From: Paracidovorax wautersii
GTDB taxonomy: Bacteria; Pseudomonadota; Gammaproteobacteria; Burkholderiales; Burkholderiaceae_C
Reading direction: 5' to 3'
Length of the DNA: 64,000 bases
NCBI GenBank assembly: GCA_009912175.1
Contig: WNDQ01000017.1
Location: 2,402 to 66,401 of the forward strand
A program made the position numbers and the translations under genes. The notes under the pieces are model-generated. The model was not told where the DNA came from, did not search any database, and saw only the letters and a program-made list of their open reading frames with translations. Below are positions 60,522 to 64,000 of this stretch, piece by piece. How positions within the stretch are numbered: position 1 is the first letter of the stretch; the number at the start of each line of letters is the position of its first letter.

Positions 60522-60998
60522 TCAGCCGCCCATGGTGATGTGGCGCAGCAGGATGTCTGTGATGGCTTCGACGTCGTGCGGGCTGAATCCGAGCAGTTCG
60601 CGGCGTGCGTATTGGACGGTTGGGGACTTGGGTTGCCGCCAGTCGACCTTGTCGCGCATGCCGTATTGGTGGACGCGGGCGATGCGGCCGGCGCGGCCGG
60701 CGATGGTGAGGGTTGCGGTGCTGGGCGTGCTGGCCTTGCGCAGGTATTTGGCGGCGGCGAGGCGGGTGAACATCTTGCGCCGGATCTTGCCTTTGCGGTC
60801 GCGGATGCGGGCGCCCTTGGGGCGGGGTTTGCGCGGCTCGAATTCGGTGCCGTCGGGGTTGTGCTGGGCGGCGATGCGCTCGGCCTGGCTGCGGCGCAGG
60901 TAGGTGGCGACCTCGGCCATGGCCAGGCGGCGGCGCGCGGCGGAAAGGCCGCTGATGAGTGGGGAGGCCCAGGTGGCGAGGTGGGTGAGGTCGGCCAT
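60522..60998 (-). CDS. gpS: tail completion / virion morphogenesis protein gpS
   Basis: ATG 60998, 2 nt after the R stop: MADLTHLATWASPLISGLSAARRRLAMAEVATYLRRSQAERIAAQHNPDG... Confidence 0.75.
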   Translation of the reverse strand: MADLTHLATWASPLISGLSAARRRLAMAEVATYLRRSQAERIAAQHNPDGTEFEPRKPRPKGARIRDRKGKIRRKMFTRLAAAKYLRKASTPSTATLTIAGRAGRIARVHQYGMRDKVDWRQPKSPTVQYARRELLGFSPHDVEAITDILLRHITMGG

Positions 60999-61000
60999 GG

Positions 61001-61492
61001 TCAGGCGGGCGGTTCGGATATGGGCGTGACGTGCCATTCGGCGTCGAGGTCGACCATTTCGGCGACGTGGCCGGGCAGGGCGAGGGTGGGCTCGCCCACG
61101 TGGTAGGTCTGCAGGCGGTTGACGCCGTCGATGGTCTGGCCGGTGACGCGGATGGATTCGGACAGGTCGATCTGGATTTCGATGTTGGCGGTTTGGTGGT
61201 TGAGGATTTCGGCCTCGAAGCGGAAGGCCTTGTCGGCGGTGGCGGGGTTGGTGAAAAGGTCGGGCTGGTTGGTCTTGATCCAGGCTACGAGGGGGACGAT
61301 GGCGACGTCCGGGCTGTCGTTGAAGTCGACGAGGCCGATGATGACGGTGTAGCGGTATTCGAACGAGAGCGAGGGGGTTCCGGTGGACGTGATGCCACCG
61401 TGCTCGACGAAGATGGAAAGGCGCTCGGGGTTGGTGGCGAGGTTGGGGATGGCTTTTTCCAGTAGCTCGCGGATGAGGGCGGGCTTTTTCAT
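61001..61492 (-). CDS. gpR: tail completion protein gpR
   Basis: 163 aa; MKKPALIRELLEKAIPNLATNPERLSIFVEHGGI... typical P2 R family. Confidence 0.75.
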   Translation of the reverse strand: MKKPALIRELLEKAIPNLATNPERLSIFVEHGGITSTGTPSLSFEYRYTVIIGLVDFNDSPDVAIVPLVAWIKTNQPDLFTNPATADKAFRFEAEILNHQTANIEIQIDLSESIRVTGQTIDGVNRLQTYHVGEPTLALPGHVAEMVDLDAEWHVTPISEPPA

Positions 61493-62010
61493 GGCTGGTC
61501 GGCCTTGGCCGGCGTCAGGGCGCGGTCGGCGCGGATGGTGTCGGCGAGGAGCTGGATGCGGTTGTCGCGGTCGACAACAGTTGCCCGGAGGTCTGCGACC
61601 ACTTGTCGGCCATCCGCAAGACTGGCGTCGAGTCGGGCTGCATGGCTTGCAAGGCGCTCGCGCTCAGCTTCGCTGGCCTGGGACATTGCGCGGTATTGGG
61701 CGGCGCGGGTTTCGGCGCTGCGCTGCAGGCGCAGAGCATCAGCGGCACGAGCAGCGTGGTCATGGGCGGCCGTGGCTTGCGCAGTCTGGTAGCGGTCGAC
61801 GGCCTGGGTTGATGCGGTTGCATGGTCGGCTTCCTTGCGGCGGTTGGTTTCGGATTGGTCCACGGCTGCCGTGGCCTGTTGTGCGGTGGCTTTGTCCCAG
61901 CGCTGGGCGACTGCCGCGGCGCCGGCACTGTGGCCGACCCAGTAGCCACCGGCGGCCGAGATGGCGGCGAGGATGATGGCGGCGGCGAGGGTTGCGAGGA
62001 TGTCTTTCAT
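61489..62010 (-). CDS. i-spanin (Rz/LysB-like)
   Basis: ATG 62010: MKDILATLAAAIILAAISAAGGYWVG N-terminal TM followed by a coiled coil. Downstream of the endolysin. Confidence 0.7.
   Translation of the reverse strand: MKDILATLAAAIILAAISAAGGYWVGHSAGAAAVAQRWDKATAQQATAAVDQSETNRRKEADHATASTQAVDRYQTAQATAAHDHAARAADALRLQRSAETRAAQYRAMSQASEAERERLASHAARLDASLADGRQVVADLRATVVDRDNRIQLLADTIRADRALTPAKADQP
61515..61763 (-). CDS. o-spanin (Rz1/LysC-like) embedded in the +1 frame of the i-spanin gene
   Basis: MTTLLVPLMLCAC-SAAPKPAPP...: lipobox-like LCAC, Pro-rich mature part, lies wholly inside 61489..62010. Confidence 0.6.
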   Translation of the reverse strand: MTTLLVPLMLCACSAAPKPAPPNTAQCPRPAKLSASALQAMQPDSTPVLRMADKWSQTSGQLLSTATTASSSSPTPSAPTAP

Positions 62011-62501
62011 GGGGCACCTTCGAGGCATAGCGTCTGCTCGGCAGCGCGGCGCTTTGTCAGGCCTGGCAATGGCACGGCCACGCCGGCGATGCGGGCTTTG
62101 TTCCAGCGGGGCAACTGCCGGCATGCGGCTGCGATGTTGCCGGCCTTGAGCAGGCGCGCAGCGGTGGATGCGGCAGGTTTGCAGGCGATGGTGGGGCCGA
62201 GGTTGTAGACGGCATCGCCGAAAGCAGCGAGCACTTTTTCTGGCAGGCCGGGCTGGCAGCGCTCGACTGTTGCGATGGCGGCGGCCATGTCGGCGTCGAG
62301 ATGGGCGCGGCATTGGGCCAGGGTGTAGGCCTGGCCTTTGACGACGTCGGCGCCGGTGTGGCCGTAGCAGACGGTGAGAATTCCGGGTGGGTCGTAGTAG
62401 GCGACCTGGCGCAGTCCTTCTGCCGGGATGGCCAGGGCCACCGCCGCAGCCGTGGCGCTGGCGATGAGGGCGGCGCGCGACTTGGGCTGGGGCTGGGCCA
62501 T
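62007..62501 (-). CDS. GH24-type lysozyme with N-terminal signal-anchor-release-like segment (endolysin)
   Basis: RAALIASATAAAVALAI then EGLRQVAYYDPPGILTVCYGHT (catalytic E-D-T spacing). Confidence 0.8.
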   Translation of the reverse strand: MAQPQPKSRAALIASATAAAVALAIPAEGLRQVAYYDPPGILTVCYGHTGADVVKGQAYTLAQCRAHLDADMAAAIATVERCQPGLPEKVLAAFGDAVYNLGPTIACKPAASTAARLLKAGNIAAACRQLPRWNKARIAGVAVPLPGLTKRRAAEQTLCLEGAP

Positions 62502-62716
62502 TACGTGTTGCCCGATGTGTCAGCCGATTCGAAGAACTGCTGCACGTTGCGCACGACGATGAGCAGGACGGAGCTGACGGTGTAGACCCAGGCGGGCAGC
62601 TCGACGATGCCCTTGACGCGGAGGATGCTGTCGATGACGGACAGCAGCATGATGGCCGCGGCGATCTGGACGGAATAGAGGCGGTAGGACTGTTTCCAGC
62701 CGGCGATGAGCTTCAT
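62501..62716 (-). CDS. holin/pinholin candidate (71 aa, 2 TM)
   Basis: ATG 62716: MKLIAGWKQSYRLYSVQIAAAIMLLSVIDSILRVKGIVELPAWVYTVSSVLLIVV... Immediately upstream of the endolysin. Confidence 0.55.
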   Translation of the reverse strand: MKLIAGWKQSYRLYSVQIAAAIMLLSVIDSILRVKGIVELPAWVYTVSSVLLIVVRNVQQFFESADTSGNT

Positions 62717-63057
62717 TTGACGGGCTTTCGGTTGGTGTTGAGCCCCAGGGCGTATTCGGCGTTGCCCATGCGGAATTCCATGACGGTCATCTGGGACTGG
62801 ATCTGGTTGAGGTCGGCCAGCTTCTTGTTGACTTCGGCGAGCTGGCTGGCGATGTTGCGCAGTTCGTAGGCCTGTTCGGCGGCACCGGTGGTGCGGGCTT
62901 CGAGGGCGGTGATGCGCTCTTCGTTGCGGGCGCCGCGGTTGTCGACCTTGAGCGCCCAGCCGGCCATGAAGGTGCACGCGCTGATCGTGATGCCGATGAG
63001 GTAGGTGATGGGCACTTTGGTGTCGAGGAAGCGGGGCTTGTGGAGGGGATCGGTCAT
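62713..63057 (-). CDS. membrane-anchored coiled-coil protein (holin/antiholin-region gene, 114 aa)
   Basis: ATG 63057: MTDPLHKPRFLDTKVPITYLIGITISACTFMAGWAL, then a coiled coil. Confidence 0.5.
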   Translation of the reverse strand: MTDPLHKPRFLDTKVPITYLIGITISACTFMAGWALKVDNRGARNEERITALEARTTGAAEQAYELRNIASQLAEVNKKLADLNQIQSQMTVMEFRMGNAEYALGLNTNRKPVK

Positions 63058-63062
63058 GGCGG

Positions 63063-63275
63063 TCAGTCCCACAGGTTGATGGTGGCCACGGTGGGCTGCG
63101 AGGACGGCATGTCTGGCAGCACGACGGCCTGGCCGATGGGCAGGGTGGGGCCGAGGTCGGCCAAGCCGGGGTTGAGTTCGTAGACGGCTTCCGTGACGCC
63201 GGCGGTGGTGCCGAGGTGGCGCAGGCAGAGCAGGTCGACGGTGTCGTTCTGCTGGGCGATGACGGTGGTGGCCAT
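63063..63275 (-). CDS. gpX: tail protein X (gpX, LysM-like)
   Basis: ATG 63275: MATTVIAQQNDTVDLLCLRHLG...VYELNPGLADLGPTLPIGQAVVLPD typical gpX. Confidence 0.8.
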   Translation of the reverse strand: MATTVIAQQNDTVDLLCLRHLGTTAGVTEAVYELNPGLADLGPTLPIGQAVVLPDMPSSQPTVATINLWD

Positions 63276-63772
63276 CAGATCAGTTCCACGGCGAGGCGGG
63301 TGGTGCCGATGATGTCGCGGATGGCCCAGGTGGCGTCGCGGCGATGCTGTTCGGCCTGGGTGTCGCGGTTTTCTTCCTGATCGTCCTTGCGGGCACGGCC
63401 GGTGGTGTCGTAGTCGCTGTAGCGCTCGATGAGGTTGGCTTTGGCGTGGCACTGCACGGCGCGGGTGAAGCGCTGGACGTGGACGGATGTGCCGTCGACG
63501 GTGGCGGCGGGGACGCTGGCGAGGGTGGCATGGCCTTCGGCGATGCGCTGGTCTGCCCAGGCCTGGAGTTGGGCGATGGTGGCTGCGATGGCCTCGACGA
63601 CGGCGGCTCGCAGGCGTGGCGGGGTGGTGGTGCCGTCGAGGCGGACGGCGTCGCGCATTTCGGCGAGGTCGATGGCCGGCCAGAAGGCGCCGGCGGCGAT
63701 GGTGCCGAGCGGGGCCGGGTCGCTGGGCGGCGTGGTGCGCACAAGGGGCGGGGCTGCTGCGATGAGGGACAT
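63275..63772 (-). CDS. gpL: head completion/stabilisation protein gpL
   Basis: ATG 63772 (or 63838): ...FWPAIDLAEMRDAVRLDGTTTPPRLRAAVVEAIA...ERYSDYDTT... typical P2 L. Confidence 0.75.
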   Translation of the reverse strand: MSLIAAAPPLVRTTPPSDPAPLGTIAAGAFWPAIDLAEMRDAVRLDGTTTPPRLRAAVVEAIAATIAQLQAWADQRIAEGHATLASVPAATVDGTSVHVQRFTRAVQCHAKANLIERYSDYDTTGRARKDDQEENRDTQAEQHRRDATWAIRDIIGTTRLAVELI

Positions 63773-63885
63773 GGCTTGGGCTCGGCGGGTGGATAGGTGG
63801 GCGGTGGCCGTGGTGCGTTGTGGTGAGGGCTCAGCCATTCACGCGGCACCACGGGCCGCCCGGCACGTGGGGGTGCTGGGTTGCG

Positions 63886-64000
63886 CTACTTCTTGCGGGC
63901 GGGCGCGGCCTTGGTGGCGGCCTTGCGCGCGGCTGGCTTGGCTGCTGTCTTGGTGGCAGCGGCGGCGGCCTTGCTCGGGCGGCCACGCTTGTGGTCGGCC
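63886..64000 (-). CDS. 3' end of an upstream late gene (P2 gpM position); Ala/Lys-rich tail
   Basis: The minus strand reads ...ADHKRGRPSKAAAAATKTAAKPAARKAATKAAPARKK*. The start lies outside the window. Product inferred from gene order only. Confidence 0.35.
   Translation of the reverse strand, partial: ADHKRGRPSKAAAAATKTAAKPAARKAATKAAPARKK

Larger units (their letters stand above)
28800..64000. mobile_element. P2-like (Peduovirinae-type) prophage integrated at the tRNA-Thr 3' end; right end beyond the window
   Basis: Tyrosine integrase next to the tRNA. P2-order late genes D-U-T-E/E'-FII-FI-G-H and I-J-W-V-S-R-lysis-X-L. gpA-type replication nuclease and an Ogr/Delta zinc finger. No second att copy inside the window. 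Confidence 0.85.

Noticed and set aside
28800-64000. Search for attR (a second copy of the tRNA-Thr 3' end) to close the prophage
   Set aside because: By eye, the only other TTCGAATCC-containing look-alike is at 27021-27056, upstream of the tRNA. Late genes still run at position 64000, so the right end must lie outside the window.

Overview
High-GC betaproteobacterial (Comamonadaceae-like) chromosome segment in two parts. (1) 1-28.8 kb is core genome: the murA 3' end, then histidine genes hisG-hisD-hisB-hisH-hisA-(mutarotase-like)-hisF. The his cluster is interrupted by a ~10 kb opposite-strand cluster (rpiR-iaaA-gsiABCD-S58 peptidase-M55 D-aminopeptidase-Asp racemase). It resumes with hisI-hisE, a frameshifted small membrane gene, HIT, tatABC, a TauD-like dioxygenase, a DegS/AlgW-like protease, a frameshifted MFS transporter, nif3, pdxA, mscL, sspA-sspB and tRNA-Thr(UGU). 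(2) 28.8-64 kb is a P2-like prophage integrated at the tRNA-Thr 3' end; it runs off the right edge. It has int/xis and a ~10 kb minus-strand early operon (RHH regulators, Ogr/Delta, DUF1566, gpA-type replication nuclease, DUF4406, C5 methyltransferase). A plus-strand repressor is followed by a cargo cassette (BRCT protein, SNase-type nuclease, membrane protein, Ltp-like protein, Cys-rich secreted protein). The late genes are D-U-T-E/E'-FII-FI-G-H ... I-J-W-V-S-R-lysis-X-L. Most unusual points: (a) the methyltransferase locus is stop-free, motif-bearing and start/stop-coupled in two overlapping frames; (b) the tail operon is split by a lower-GC insertion carrying a second, 1059-aa SGNH-esterase receptor-binding-type protein and a three-gene opposite-strand cassette, with a duplicated copy of the V-gene upstream element in front of H; (c) the repressor-linked cargo cassette looks like stacked superinfection-exclusion or defence functions. 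No rRNA, CRISPR array or transposase was seen. All calls rest on reading the translations and sequence by eye. Start codons are often uncertain because this GC content gives long spurious ORFs in every frame.
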